A DNA stretch of 64,000 bases from Octopus sinensis (GCF_006345805.1 NC_043013.1:41354001-41418000), one strand, 5' to 3'; positions 24,611 through 37,195 are shown, counted from the stretch's first letter. Numbers and translations are program-made. Notes: generated from the sequence alone by a model not told the origin.

Positions 24611-25775
24611 GGGCTGGACAAATACGGAAACACTTTAAAATTTCAAACAAATTTATTTAAATATGAGGTAGGACCGCCTTTGGTAGTAATTACACTTGAA
24701 TTCTACGAGGTATGGACTTGTACAAAGTTTGAATTGTTTCCAGAGGAATTTTTCTCCATTCTTCAGCTAAAATAGTCTCCAGTTCTTGTAGTGATGATGG
24801 TGAAGGATATCAACTCCTTACTTCTTTTTCTAAAATGCATCATAAATGTTCAATAATATTGAGATCTGGAGACTGTTGTGGCCAGATTAGATGTTCAACT
24901 TCACTAGAATGTTCCTCATGTCATTCAGTAACAACTTTAGCTGTATGAATTCGTGCATTGTCATCCTGAAAGATTGCATTTCCCTTCGTAAAACATTTCC
25001 GCAACCATAGGATGAATTTGATTGGATAAAATGCTTAAATAGTCTTGACTATTAATTCTGCCATGAAGGGAAACCATTGTACTTGCGATTTCCAAGATAT
25101 AGCCCCACCAGATCATCACAGATCGCTCTCCATCTTTAACAGTTAGAAGAAGGCAGTCTGGGTCAAATGTTTCTTTTGGCTGTCTCCATACGTATAGTCG
25201 CTTTGCAGCGTTTGTTTTTGAAAGTAGTGGTTTTTTGATTGCGGCCCTCCCATTAAATCCGGCTTTTGCAGCTCCCGGCGGACAGTTTTATATGGAAACT
25301 GGGTTCTCGAGGTGGTCATTAAGCTTTGCAGTAATTTGGGGAGCTGTACTTTTGTGATCCTTTCTAGCAATTTGCATAAGAGTCCGACGGTCCCTATCTG
25401 AAAGTTTCGATTTTATTCCAGAGACTTGTTTCGACGAGGAGATTTTTCCCTCTTTCTCAAAGAGTATCATTACTTTTGAGACAGTACTTCTTGATACACC
25501 AAACATTTTGGCTGTTTTCGTTACGCTAGCGCCTGCCATGCGAGCAACAACAATTTGACCTCTTTGAAAGTCCAATAGATCTGTCATTTTAATGAATTTT
25601 AATTGCCCTTTTCTGATGATATCTGAAAAGAAAGAGCAATTTTAGCAAAATATATTAAGCAACACTAATAATAAATCAATAAACATAAAAATAAAGAAGC
25701 TTTTTACGGTTTATAGATATTTCAAAATTATGATTCTGTGATGCTAGGTGTTTCCATTATTTTGTCCAATCCCTG
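24608..25775 (-). mobile_element. Tc1-like DNA transposon, DD36E spacing, defective
   Basis: TIRs cagggg.ctggacaaat..ggaaacac / gtgtttccattattttgtccaatccctg with TA TSD. Transposase starts MTDLLDFQRGQIVVARMAGASVTKTA at 25587; later FQDDNARIH...WPQQSPDLNIIEH with 36 residues between D and E. Stops, frameshifts, and a deletion of the first-Asp region. Confidence 0.9.
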
Positions 25776-25929
25776 TATATATGTGTGTGTGCGTGCGTGT
25801 GTGTGTGTCTGTGTGTGTACGTATATATATATATGGCACACCAGCTTGCAGGAATTACCTGAACAAATCAGCCTCACGGTCTATTTTTCTAACAGTGTGG
25901 CACTTATTCCATCCGTCTCTTCCGTCGAA

Positions 25930-26195
25930 TATCTAAGTTACTGCGACGAAAGGAAGCCAACACAGGTTGTCAAGTGGTGGGCAAGACAAATATAATCTCA
26001 AATACATACACACATACACATATACATCATAGACTTCCACGCAGTTTCCGCTCACCAAACTGTTCAGCAATTCATTGCGCCGGCCGGCGCTATAGCAGAA
26101 CAGTAGCAGACACTTGTCCAGGGTGCCGCGCACAGTGGGGGCCGAACCAGAAACCACACTTTTGCGAAACCAGTTCCTTAACCACAGTGCCATGT
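25930..26195 (-). mobile_element. Old diverged family A-like SINE
   Basis: Degenerate head (gacacttgtccagggtgccgcgc...ttaaccacagtgcc) and body in reverse. Confidence 0.5.
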
Positions 26196-26612
26196 CCATT
26201 ATAAGTGCGTATAAGTGCGGGCTTATATTATGACAAAACCAGACAATATATGTATGTACATTCACGCATACACAAACGCTGGAACGTATGTATTCTGCAT
26301 AGGTGTGACTGGGTATGGCGGGTTTCTGGTTTATGTGTATGTCAATATTTACGCATCCATAGCTTTGTACAACAACTACAAGACTTTTACTACGGTAACT
26401 TCTTTGAGTAACATTCTATGATGTCCGTACCAACCGAACTGATCCATTAATCTTCATTAGGTCAGAGCTATCACTTGTAAGGTTTCATGCGTTAACAGCT
26501 CTAGATAACGGCCTGACTTCTAATTAGCGACCAGTATTAGGAGAGAACGTACATGTGTCAGTGCGTGTTTATATATGTATATATACATGTCTTTATATAT
26601 ATAAATATATGT

Positions 26613-26662
<50 letters not shown>

Positions 26663-26672
26663 TACATATACA

Positions 26673-26740
<68 letters not shown>

Positions 26741-26761
26741 ATGTGTATGCATATATATAAT

Positions 26762-26807
<46 letters not shown>

Positions 26808-27692
26808 TACCGTTTTCCACTTCTATTGAAGACCATAATGTATCTACACACATACGTACACACACAGATATATATATAGAATAACATATATATACATATA
26901 TACATATACAAACATATATATATATACATATATATACATATATATAAATACATTCATACATACATACATACATACACACACACACACGCACACACATACA
27001 TATACACGTACGTGCAAGAATAATTTGCTGTTAATTAAAAACAACGCTTTTCCTTGCCGCTGCGCTGTAAAGTAATTCATATCCAAAGAGCTAAAGTTTA
27101 CGCGAGACAAGCTATTAGGCTCGGTTGTTGTTGCTGTTGTTGATGGTACTTTCTTGTTGTTGTTTAGGCACAGGTCAACACTGATAGGTCAGATTTATAA
27201 CGCGAGATATTCCATCCGTGACCAGCCTGGTAGTTTAAGAGTATCGAGAACGACTTACAGAATGAGCCTCTTTCGTATGAAATAATGGTGTAAGGGGTGG
27301 GATCTTCAATTATTAAAATGCATCTCCCATTAGCCATCCAATTTGCATTTGTATTTACATATATGTATGTATTGCATACTCAAGCGTTGCCGGATTTGTG
27401 AACTCCGCCACCTGGCTACGTATGTGCAGTACGAAGCAGATTTCACGGCTTGTACTAACAAGTCGGTCAAAATTGCTAGGAAAGAGGTTTATTCGGTGTT
27501 CAATTACAAGATGAGCGAAAATGAAGCCATGGGAAGACAATGTCTTAAAAAATACTGTAATTTCTTTAGAAATAATGTGGAAATAATGTGATATTTAATT
27601 TCAATGCAATAAAATGATTGTTAAATTAATTAATATAATTAAATAATAATTCGCTTATAATTATATGGATTTGCACACAATAATGTAGGGAT

Positions 27693-28046
27693 GGATGGAA
27701 GCACTCCGTCGGTTACGACGACGAGGGTTCCCGTTGATCCGATCAACGGAACAGCCTGCTCGTGAAATTAACGTGTAAGTGGCTGAGCACTCCACAGACA
27801 CGTGTACCCTTAACGTAGTTCTCGGGGATATTCAGCATGACAACAGAGAGTGACAATGCCGGCCCTTTGAAATACAGAAACAGGAAGTAAGAGTGAGAGA
27901 AAGTTGTGGTGAAAGAGTACAGCAGGGTTCACTACCATCCCTGCCGGAGCCTCAATAAACACTCACAACGCCCGGTCTGGGAATCGAAACCGCGATCCTA
28001 CGACCGCGAGTCCGCTGCCCTAACCACTGGGCCATTGCGGCTCCAC
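27693..28046 (-). mobile_element. tRNA-derived SINE, family C variant
   Basis: Head rc gtggagccgcaatggcccagtggttagggcagc...ggtttcgattccc. The 3' part is shared with 49125-49462, 58815-59130 and 61110-61335. Confidence 0.8.
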
Positions 28047-28119
28047 AAACACAATAATGTAAACTATATAAGGAAACACATACATAGACTCACAGACGCA
28101 CACCGTCACGTACACACAC

Positions 28120-28315
28120 ATACACACACGTGTGTGTATATCTTTCTGTTTGTCTTTGTCCTCCACTACTGCTTGACAGCCAGTGTTGGTGTGTTTACGT
28201 CACCGTTACTTTCGGTTCGACAAAAGTAATCGATAGAATAAGCACCAGGCTTAACAAGAATTTTTCATGGTAGTGCTGCAGCATGGCCGCAGTATAATGA
28301 CTGAAACCAGTAAAG
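28120..28315 (+). mobile_element. Family A SINE, 3' part
   Basis: gcttgacagccagtgttggtgtgtttacg...gcatggccgcagt...tgactgaaac. Confidence 0.65.
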
Positions 28316-28711
28316 ACAACTGATAAACGCATTACAGTTGTATCACAATTGTATTACTGTAATCATTGAAAATACATTGCAGTTAAACCATACACTTTAA
28401 CAATATACACCATAGTTTAACTTTATACATACTTCAGTTATACCATATACAAATTTTAATTAAAGAATATACGCCTTAACATAGATTGTACACACTTTTA
28501 GTTCAAATAAATCTGTGGCATCTGCCTACATACTCTTAAACTTATAACATAGACTATCTGCAAACTTTAGTAAGGTTGCATACACCTTAGACAGTAGTCA
28601 ATTGTATGCAGTCAAATCAAATAAACGAACAATGAAATTAACAATAACACACAAGAGGACGTGCACTAAGAATGCATTAGTTTGACACTCAGTAAGAGAG
28701 AAAGTTTCAAC

Positions 28712-28870
28712 GAGGAGTGGCTATGTGGTAAGTAGCTTGCTTACCAACCACATGGTTCCGGGTTCAGTCCCACTGCGTGGCACCTTGGGCAAGTGTCTTC
28801 TATTATAGCCTCGGACCGACCAAAGACTTGTGAGTGGATTTGGTAGACGGAAACTGAAAGAAGCGTCGTA
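28712..28870 (+). mobile_element. Family A SINE, 5' part ending in (TA)n
   Basis: ggagtggctatgtggtaagtagcttgc...ggaaactgaaagaagc. Confidence 0.85.
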
Positions 28871-28906
28871 TATAAGTATATGTATATATATATACATATA
28901 TATATA

Positions 28907-28936
<30 letters not shown>

Positions 28937-28937
<1 letters not shown>

Positions 28938-29480
28938 CGTGACGTATTTTTGCCATTTCAATATGGCTAACCACTAAGGGTGGATGCTACTGTAGTTTTT
29001 AGCCCCAGGAGGACACACTCCTCCAGCTGGCCATAGACACACTTCTGTGTCCTGTCAGTATTTGCAAAGGAAAGTCATCCTTCCCGTCTTCAACTTATGA
29101 TACACACGGACTCGAGTTTCGAGGTATTGACCTCTCGTCAGCGTGTGACAATCATAGTTGTCGGCGAGAATTAGATTTCCTTCACAAATACTTATACTTT
29201 TTCCAGCGTCCACTGTCGCTGTATTGAATGAAAAAGTGAAATCAAACAATGATAAATATCAAAGTGAGTTATATACAGTAGCGGTAACACATCGTGACGT
29301 ATTTTTGCCATTTCAATATGGCTAACCCCTAAGGGTGGATGCTACTGTAGTTTTTAGCCCCAGGAGGACACACTCCTCCAGCTGGCCATAGCACACTTTC
29401 TGTGTCCTGTCAGTATTTGCAAGGAAAGTCATCCTTCCCGTCTTCAACTTATGATACACACGGACTCGAGTTTCGAGGGT
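28937..29480 (-). mobile_element. Retrozyme-like / Penelope pLTR-like element: 354-nt unit x ~1.5, flanked by (TA)n
   Basis: Direct repeat starting atcgtgacgtatttttgcc at 28937 and 29291. Contains a complete hammerhead; the second copy breaks off inside hammerhead stem II. Confidence 0.75.
29103..29147 (-). ncRNA. Type I hammerhead ribozyme, perfect consensus
   Basis: Minus strand: CACACG-CTGACGA-GAGGT-caat-ACCTC-GAAA-CTCGAG-TC|CGTGTG. 6-bp stem I, 5-bp stem II, palindromic stem III ACTCGAGT, GUC site between 29109 and 29108. Confidence 0.9.
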
Positions 29481-29520
<40 letters not shown>

Positions 29521-29527
29521 TATGTAT

Positions 29528-29589
<62 letters not shown>

Positions 29590-30139
29590 GTGTATTGTAT
29601 ATATGTTTGTGCGTCTGTGTTTTACTCGACTAAAGGAGGTGCTCTAGCATGGCCACAGTCAAATGACTGAAACAAGTAAAAGAAATTTTCGTCGGAAAGG
29701 AAAAGCAGAAAAGTCCAAAATGAGGAAGAATAATCACCAACAGCACGTGTGTAGTTGCATTGTATATTGGCTAGTTAGACTATATACACCTTACTTATAC
29801 ATACATTTGTTAGACTGTTTACACCTTAGGCGGTATACACATTTTAGTCAAACTAGTATACATCTTTGATCGTTTTCTACGTACATCAGTAGTTGACTTT
29901 ATACTCTTATATTATAATTTAGTTAGTTTGTTTCACTACCGATGAACTTTAAGCACACTTTAGTTAAAAGGTATACACCATAGTTAGACGGTAGATATGC
30001 AAGTTAAATTGTACTATAGGTAAAATTTAGAACACGTCTTTGGCATTCACCTGTAGCTAGAGACAATGGAGTTTAGCACAAATGGTCAGTCGGAATCCAG
30101 TCGTGACCTTTCCAGCGTCCAACTCTGCATATTGCATTT

Positions 30140-30145
30140 ATTTAA

Positions 30146-30216
<71 letters not shown>

Positions 30217-30560
30217 CATACATATATACGCATATGTATGTATGTATATATATAATATATATATATAATATATATATATATACATATATATATGCATATA
30301 TATATATATGCATATATATATATATATATATATTATTATTATTATTATTATTATATTATATTATATATTTATGAACCTAGACCCTATACATTCAGACACA
30401 TATATCACATATGTTATAATGTATATACGTGGCTATACATACTATGTATCCCCATATATATAATATATATATATATATATATACGAGCGTCTATGTATGT
30501 ATATGTATGAATGAATGTATGTATGCATGTAATTATATATGCACGTAAGTATGCATGCAT
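30140..30560. repeat. (TA)n-rich microsatellite tract; similar tracts at 19720-20110, 26570-27000, 31060-31430, 38980-39300, 40100-40680, 47220-47540, 48310-48810
   Basis: Direct reading. Confidence 0.9.
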
Positions 30561-31087
30561 ATATGTATATACATATTAACATGTGTGTGTATTTTTGCCG
30601 ATATTTTTTTAATTTTTGATACGAGAACATCTATTTCGCTTATTCACGCATAAACTATTATTCGCTTTTGGTTTATTTCATGATATTATTATATACAACA
30701 AAGTATTAAAGCATTAGGCCAGATAACTACGACGTGATCACAGTAGAATTGTATTAGTGTCTGGGTCATAGATATAGGATGAAATGTTTTGACGCATTAT
30801 ACTCCGTACACACACATATATGTGTATATATGTATATATATACATACATAATACATACATACATACATACATACATGCATATGTATATGATGCCATTTAG
30901 GAAATAAGACAAAAGCGATTGTTTACGATATATGCAGGTTTTAAATGGATGTAGTAACTCTTCCATGCTACAATTGTTTCAATTTCTATTCATGACCACA
31001 TATCCTATGCCTTGCCGAACACATACGACTCCGATATTTGTGTGCGTGACTTTGCGTGTATACATACATACACATACACACACACAC

Positions 31088-31121
<34 letters not shown>

Positions 31122-31151
31122 ATATATGTATATATATACATACATATATAT

Positions 31152-31187
<36 letters not shown>

Positions 31188-31203
31188 CGTATGTATATAC
31201 ATG

Positions 31204-31241
<38 letters not shown>

Positions 31242-31262
31242 AAGAGTCATATATATATAGGT

Positions 31263-31294
<32 letters not shown>

Positions 31295-31295
31295 G

Positions 31296-31353
<58 letters not shown>

Positions 31354-31559
31354 GTATGTGTGTGTGTATATATATATATAATATATATATATATATATAC
31401 TCACACACATATATATACATAACAAAAGGTGTGTGAATGTGTGTGTGCGCATGTATGTATACACACATGTACCTAATGAAAGACACACACATAAGCATGA
31501 GGTTTGCTCTGAAATACAAAATTAAGTGTAACATTTTGTTTTTCTCATTAAGTGACATA

Positions 31560-33000
31560 TGCTATTGAAATTGCACATTAGTAAATTAAGTGTTCCTCTA
31601 TAGCAACTGGTCTTGTTCTTTCTCATTTCTGGAAAATAATGGGTTCCAGTCAGAAGCAACGTGCTATCATTGAGTTTTTGACGGAGGCGGTGAACTAGTT
31701 TTCCACTACACAAAAACGACTACAAATTTTTGACGGCGATGACTTTATTGACAAGAGCAATGGCCACAGATAGCGGAACTTTAAAAGAGAGGAAGCTAGC
31801 ATTGCAGACAACCCAGGCCATCGGCAGTGACCACGAACACGAATCGCCAACGAGTGGACGAATTGATACACGCGGACAGACGAGATAAAATGCGCGAAGA
31901 TGCTTTACAGCTGGATTGTGATCAGACGACATTATAAAAGATGGAAAAAGACCTTGGGTATTGGGAAGAGTCTGCAAATTGGACAAAGCGGGTAGTAAGC
32001 ACCTCGGCAGTGAAACCCGATTTGAAGGAAAAAAAGGTGGAAGTCTGAACTGATTTGCTGGAAGCGTTTAAAACTGTGGTACTCAACCATGTTTTGCCTA
32101 CAAACCTCTTTGGTTCTGGTTTTAATTAATCGGACCTTTATAGTCATTCGATGTATATATATATAAAAAAACCCTTCTGCATTCTTATAATTAAATATCT
32201 TTTGGGAATTGTACGAAAAAACTTAAAGTATTTTGTGCATAGTAGAATTATAAGCTACTTATTTGCAGATAAATTTTAAAAACAAAATCTTATATGAAAC
32301 CCCAGGGGCCATATGGATCTCACTTCTGAAGTACTGGTTTAAAATAATTCAGTCTCAAATTTTGTTTCTATTTCGATCCGATGGTAGTGGATGAAATGTG
32401 GGTGTATCTTTATGATTCTGAAACAAAGGCTAAAGTCCATGGGGTGGCATCACAAGTCTAAGGCTTCAGGAGCTCAAGAATCAACGATCGTCGTATACAT
32501 TTTGTGGGATGACAAAGGCGTCATCCTCCTTGACTTACTGCAAGGTGGCTGTAATGTGAACAGCAAGCGGTAAGTTGAAATACTTAAAAAGCTTGGAGAA
32601 GACATTAAGGAAAAGAGAACGAAACGATCCGCATTGGCCATAACAATGTGTGACCACACACATCTTTAGGAAAAACAAAAGGAATCAAGTAAACCTAGCT
32701 GATCAATGATCACCCATGCATTCTTCACTCTGCACCTGGTACATCTCAACTCTCAAATGTTAAGTCCAATGAAGGACACACTTCGGGCGCAACGATTTCA
32801 TTAACCAGATAAGCTGATAGTGGTTGTGAAGAAGTGGATACAACAGTGCACCTTGAATTTCTGAAAGTATATTGAAGAGTTGGGTTATACAATGGCGCAG
32901 ATGCTTCGCTTGTGATGGAGGCCATGTTGAGTAATACTTTTATATAGACTCTATGTTACTGAGAAAGAGTACCCTACCAACGTGTGTCATTTGAACCACA
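31560..33000 (+). mobile_element. Decayed mariner transposon, interrupted by a hAT MITE
   Basis: Imperfect TIRs tgctattgaaattgcac / gtgtgtcatttgaaccaca between TA dinucleotides. Remnant motifs KQRAIIEF, DEMWVYLYDSETK, LWDDKGVIL, and a C-terminal ...CDGGHVE*. Confidence 0.75.
32074..32336. mobile_element. hAT MITE nested in mariner
   Basis: Ends ctgtggtactcaacc / cttctgaagtactg; 8-bp TSD GTTTAAAA at 32066-32073 and 32337-32344. Confidence 0.8.
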
Positions 33001-33344
33001 TATGTCAATCAAAGAAGTTATGCACATTTCGGGTTTACCTTCGGAACAATCCATGTATTATATTTCATTATTTTTGCCTTTGGATTTCGGTGACGCATAG
33101 GCATTGATTCAAAGGATTTCTCGTTGTTCATATCGACCGAATTTCTCTTTTCTAAGCCTGTTTTTTTTTATGAAATCCTTGCTATTTTCAGAACTGCAAG
33201 ATTTCAGAATATGAACAACATAAACCCCTTGCAAGCGATTGCAACGTAAAGACAAGGGTAGTGACAGACACAGAAACATAATAAAATAAAAGCATACATA
33301 TACAAACCTAGAAGTATGTAAGTATCCATGTGTGTGAGTGCAGC

Positions 33345-33895
33345 TTAACACATGCACACACACACACACGCACAACACTTACACACACGCACACACTTAC
33401 ACACATGCACGCAGCCATACACACACACGCACACATTTACACACACGCACGTAGACATACACACACATACACACACGCGCACACACTTACACACACGCAC
33501 GCAGACATACACACACATACACACACACGCACACACTTACACACACGCACGCAGACATACACACACATACACACACGCACATACACTTACACACACGCAC
33601 GTAGACATACACACACATACACACGCACATACACACTTACACACACGCAAGCAGACATACACACACATACACACACACGCACACACTTACACACACGCAC
33701 GCAGACATACACACACATACACACACACGCACACACTTACACACACGCACGTAGACATACACACACATACACACACACACGCACACACTTACACACACGC
33801 ACGTAGACATACACACACATACACACGCACATACACACACGCACGTAGACATACACACACATACACACACACACTTACACACACGCGCGCACACA
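33345..33895. repeat. CA-derived minisatellite, ~44-48-bp unit (acacttacacacacgcacg(c/t)agacatac...), about 11 copies
   Basis: Recurring acacttac and g(c/t)agacatac anchors. Confidence 0.85.
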
Positions 33896-34109
33896 TATAT
33901 ATATTAGGGTGTTTCAATTTTAATAACTTACTAAAGATCTAATTTGGTTGTAAAATTATAGTGCCTTTTTACTCTCAGACTTGAGATAGATATACCAAAA
34001 TGGATTAAAATAATTCTAACCTACATCAATTTTATCCTATTGCTTTGAAACAATAACTAAAAATCCACATGAAAAACTAATTAGACTCACAATATCACTT
34101 TTATATTAT

Positions 34110-34200
34110 CTTTTAATTAGTTAAATGAATCTTATATTATCTTTTAATTGGTTAAATGAATCTTATATTGTCTTTTAATTGGTTAAATGAATTAGTTAAA
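34110..34200. repeat. 31-bp tandem repeat x3
   Basis: ttatatt(a/g)tcttttaatt(a/g)gttaaatgaat repeated three times. Confidence 0.9.
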
Positions 34201-35147
34201 TGAATTTTTACTCTTTTCAGATATTCACAAGATAACAACGCTGACGACTAGAGGTCAGATGTCATCCCACTTCAGCTTGTTAATTGGTTCATGGGAAGAA
34301 CTAGCTTTTAAGAGTGAGAGACATTTTAAGACTCGGGTTACTACTTCGGGAACAAAATTCCAAAGACAGAAGGAACTCATACATGATATAATACCCCATT
34401 TTGCAAGTGGGCAAAATCTGTCTCTTAACCATGTAGAACTTCATCTAATATCCCCTTACATTCCCTTCCTAACATTTTTATATATTTCAGTGAGTAGAAT
34501 GGAATAGTTTCTTCCTCTGAGAAAGTGTCCTTGGGTTTTCTTTTTTAGTTCTTCAAGCTTGGTGGGAGTATATATATTCTTCGAATCGGATACCTAGTCC
34601 AAACGTTTGCAATAAAATGGGGTCCAATATAGGCACCGAAATTCTGCGTGGCCTGATACCCCCAAATGATATGTACAATTTAAAAGATATTTGATAATTA
34701 TTTCTTGTGACTGGAACGGCTGTTTAGACACTTCCTCAGTGCGTTGTTAAGACCGTAGTGATTTAGCAGGTTGTCACATCGGGCTTTACTAGGAAAAAAT
34801 TTAAAGAATGGTAGATTCTATGACAGTGAAGGCGCCTGTCCTATTATTCAATGCAATGGTTCTCATTCGCGGTTCCCAGTGCCATATGCGGTCCTCAAGC
34901 ATTTTTCCGACAGCCCCTAACGGTCTTTTGTCAACAAAGATAATAATTGTCTTTAATTGATGTTTTACATTTTTCGATGCTGCCTCCTAATAAAATTCAG
35001 GTTTTATACCTGGTCCAGATATTAAAATGAGTCAGAGCCAGTGATTTTATGTGTTGCATTCACGGTCTTAAGTTTATGTTTTCTGTTCCAAGACCGGGCT
35101 GTGCATTGTGTTCATTAATGAAACACTCCATTTGACACAGTCCACAC

Positions 35148-35522
35148 TTACTTACTTGTACTTGTGACGACATTCACCCTGGGCGGGTTGAGTCGGCTTC
35201 TTCTACCATGGAAGAAGTTTCGTGGGAATATGTGGATTTCACAAGCGCTCCCCAACAATCCCGCATGTAGAGACGTCCTGTTTGCTGTAGATTGTCTGCA
35301 GACGGAGGGACAGAATGACTGAGGAGCCGCCGGTTGCCGAAACAGACAATCCGAGGACTTTCACCAGAGCCCCGTCTGCCGTGTTGTGGCCCTAATACCA
35401 CGAGGTGTCAGACCAATCCGCCTTGGGTGGCCCTACCAGGAACCGAAGTTCCCGACGGCATAGCTCTGACACTACCCGTTGCCAGCGTCCCCACCACGGT
35501 GAGGAGGGGATGGACTTTGGGG
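35148..35522 (-). mobile_element. Complete 375-bp RTE-derived short retroposon (internally deleted) with TSD
   Basis: 11-bp TSD ACAGTCCACAC (35137-35147, 35523-35533); (GTAA)n-type tail on the minus strand; 5' part ctcaccgtggtgggg...agagctatgccg...cctggtagggccaccca resembles RTE 5' UTRs. Confidence 0.75.
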
Positions 35523-35944
35523 ACAGTCCACACAGCTGTAAATAAATACCAGCAATAGATGCGAAATCGACCCTATGAAAGGCAGACTGACTGGCATCCA
35601 GTTTAGTGGGTGAGAGGGAAACGCTATGATCTTGGTTACTAATATGGCATGGAAACCGAGTAACCGAACTTATGATGCCTGATTAGAATCTAGAAGAGAT
35701 ACATGTCATGAAATGATGACGAAATAGCACAGACATAAATTCATTCGACAACTGATAAAAGAATCAAAAAGATTTCACTATGAAATAGATGCAATACTTC
35801 AGATGTACTGAGAAAAAATTAAAGCAAAAGATTGAGAAGAGAATGGTATCGCTTGACGATACAAATCTAAATTCGCTTACAAAATGAGAAATAATAAATG
35901 TGAACAAGAAGACAGCAAGATGTCAGATTTGTTAGTACGCCGAT

Positions 35945-36535
35945 CATTTCGTCTTAACAGCATTTCGTCTGTCTTTATGTTCAGAGTTCAAATTCCGCCG
36001 AGGTCGACTTTGCCTTTCATCTTTTCGGGAATCGATAAAATAAGTACCAGTTGAACACTGGGGTCGATGGAAGTAATTTGGCTGCTATTTCTAACTGTTG
36101 GAACAACCGCGTAGTGGCTCTCTGGCTGCCTTGTTATTCAAGAAATTCTGTCACAGCATTTCGGCCGTCTTTACTTTCAGATTTCAAATTCCGCCGAGGA
36201 CGGCTTTGCTTTTCATCCTTTCGAATCGATAAGATAAGTACCAGTTGATCACATAGGTTGATAAAATCGAATTACTCACCGCACCCCACTGAAATTACTG
36301 GACTTGAAACCATTTTCTGCGAACCATTTTATACAAACAAGATGGTGAGCTGGCAAAATTGTTAGCACGTCGGGCAAAATGTTTAGCGACATCTTTACGT
36401 TCTGTGTTCAAATTTTGCCGAGGATGACTTTGCTTTTCATCCTGTCCGGGTCGATAAAACTAGTACCAGCGGATCACTGGGGTCGATGAAATTGACTTAC
36501 CGCTTGCCTTGTGCCAACATTTGAAACTAGTATGC
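35945..36535 (+). mobile_element. Cluster of three family B SINE copies/fragments
   Basis: ttcaaattccgccgagg...gataaaataagtaccag motif repeated three times. Confidence 0.75.
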
Positions 36536-36924
36536 GCGAACAAGAATTATACTAAATATTAAAAATATTGTGATTGTTGAGAGGAAATATATTCACAGTT
36601 TCTGTCCTTAGTTTTAAAAATAACTTTCGTTATGAAAACTTATGTGTTCTTTTTGTAAATGCAAATGCATAGAATATTCAAGAGCCGAAAGTCACTTATT
36701 TTAACCACAACAAAAGTTAATTTATGGAGATGACAAGCATTAAGTATTATTATCCAGGGTATTTACTTAAACAAATATTTCAAACTCATTATTTCATAAC
36801 ATCTTTTCTACAGACATACACATATGTATGCACATGTGTGTGTGCACATGTGTATATGTGTCTGTGTGTCTGTGTTTATTTATGTGTGTATGTGTAAACA
36901 TTTATATATATATTTTTTATTCTT

Positions 36925-37100
36925 TCACTTGTTCTAGTCATTTGACTGCGGCCATGCTGGAGCACCACCTTAAGGAGGTTTAGTCGAACAAATCGCACTT
37001 ATTCTATCGGTATATTTTGCTAATCGCTGAGTTACAGGGACTCAAACTCACAAACACCTGTTGTTAAGATGTCAAGCGATGGTTAGGAGATAAACGAACA
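36925..37100 (-). mobile_element. Family A SINE, 3' part
   Basis: tcatttgactgcggccatgctggagcaccacct...gtcaagcgatgg. Confidence 0.75.
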
Positions 37101-37106
37101 CACAAC

Positions 37107-37195
<89 letters not shown>

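Noticed and set aside
33345-33895. Regularly spaced repeat units superficially like a CRISPR array
   Set aside because: There are no unique spacers; the units are CA-derived minisatellite in eukaryotic DNA, with no cas genes.
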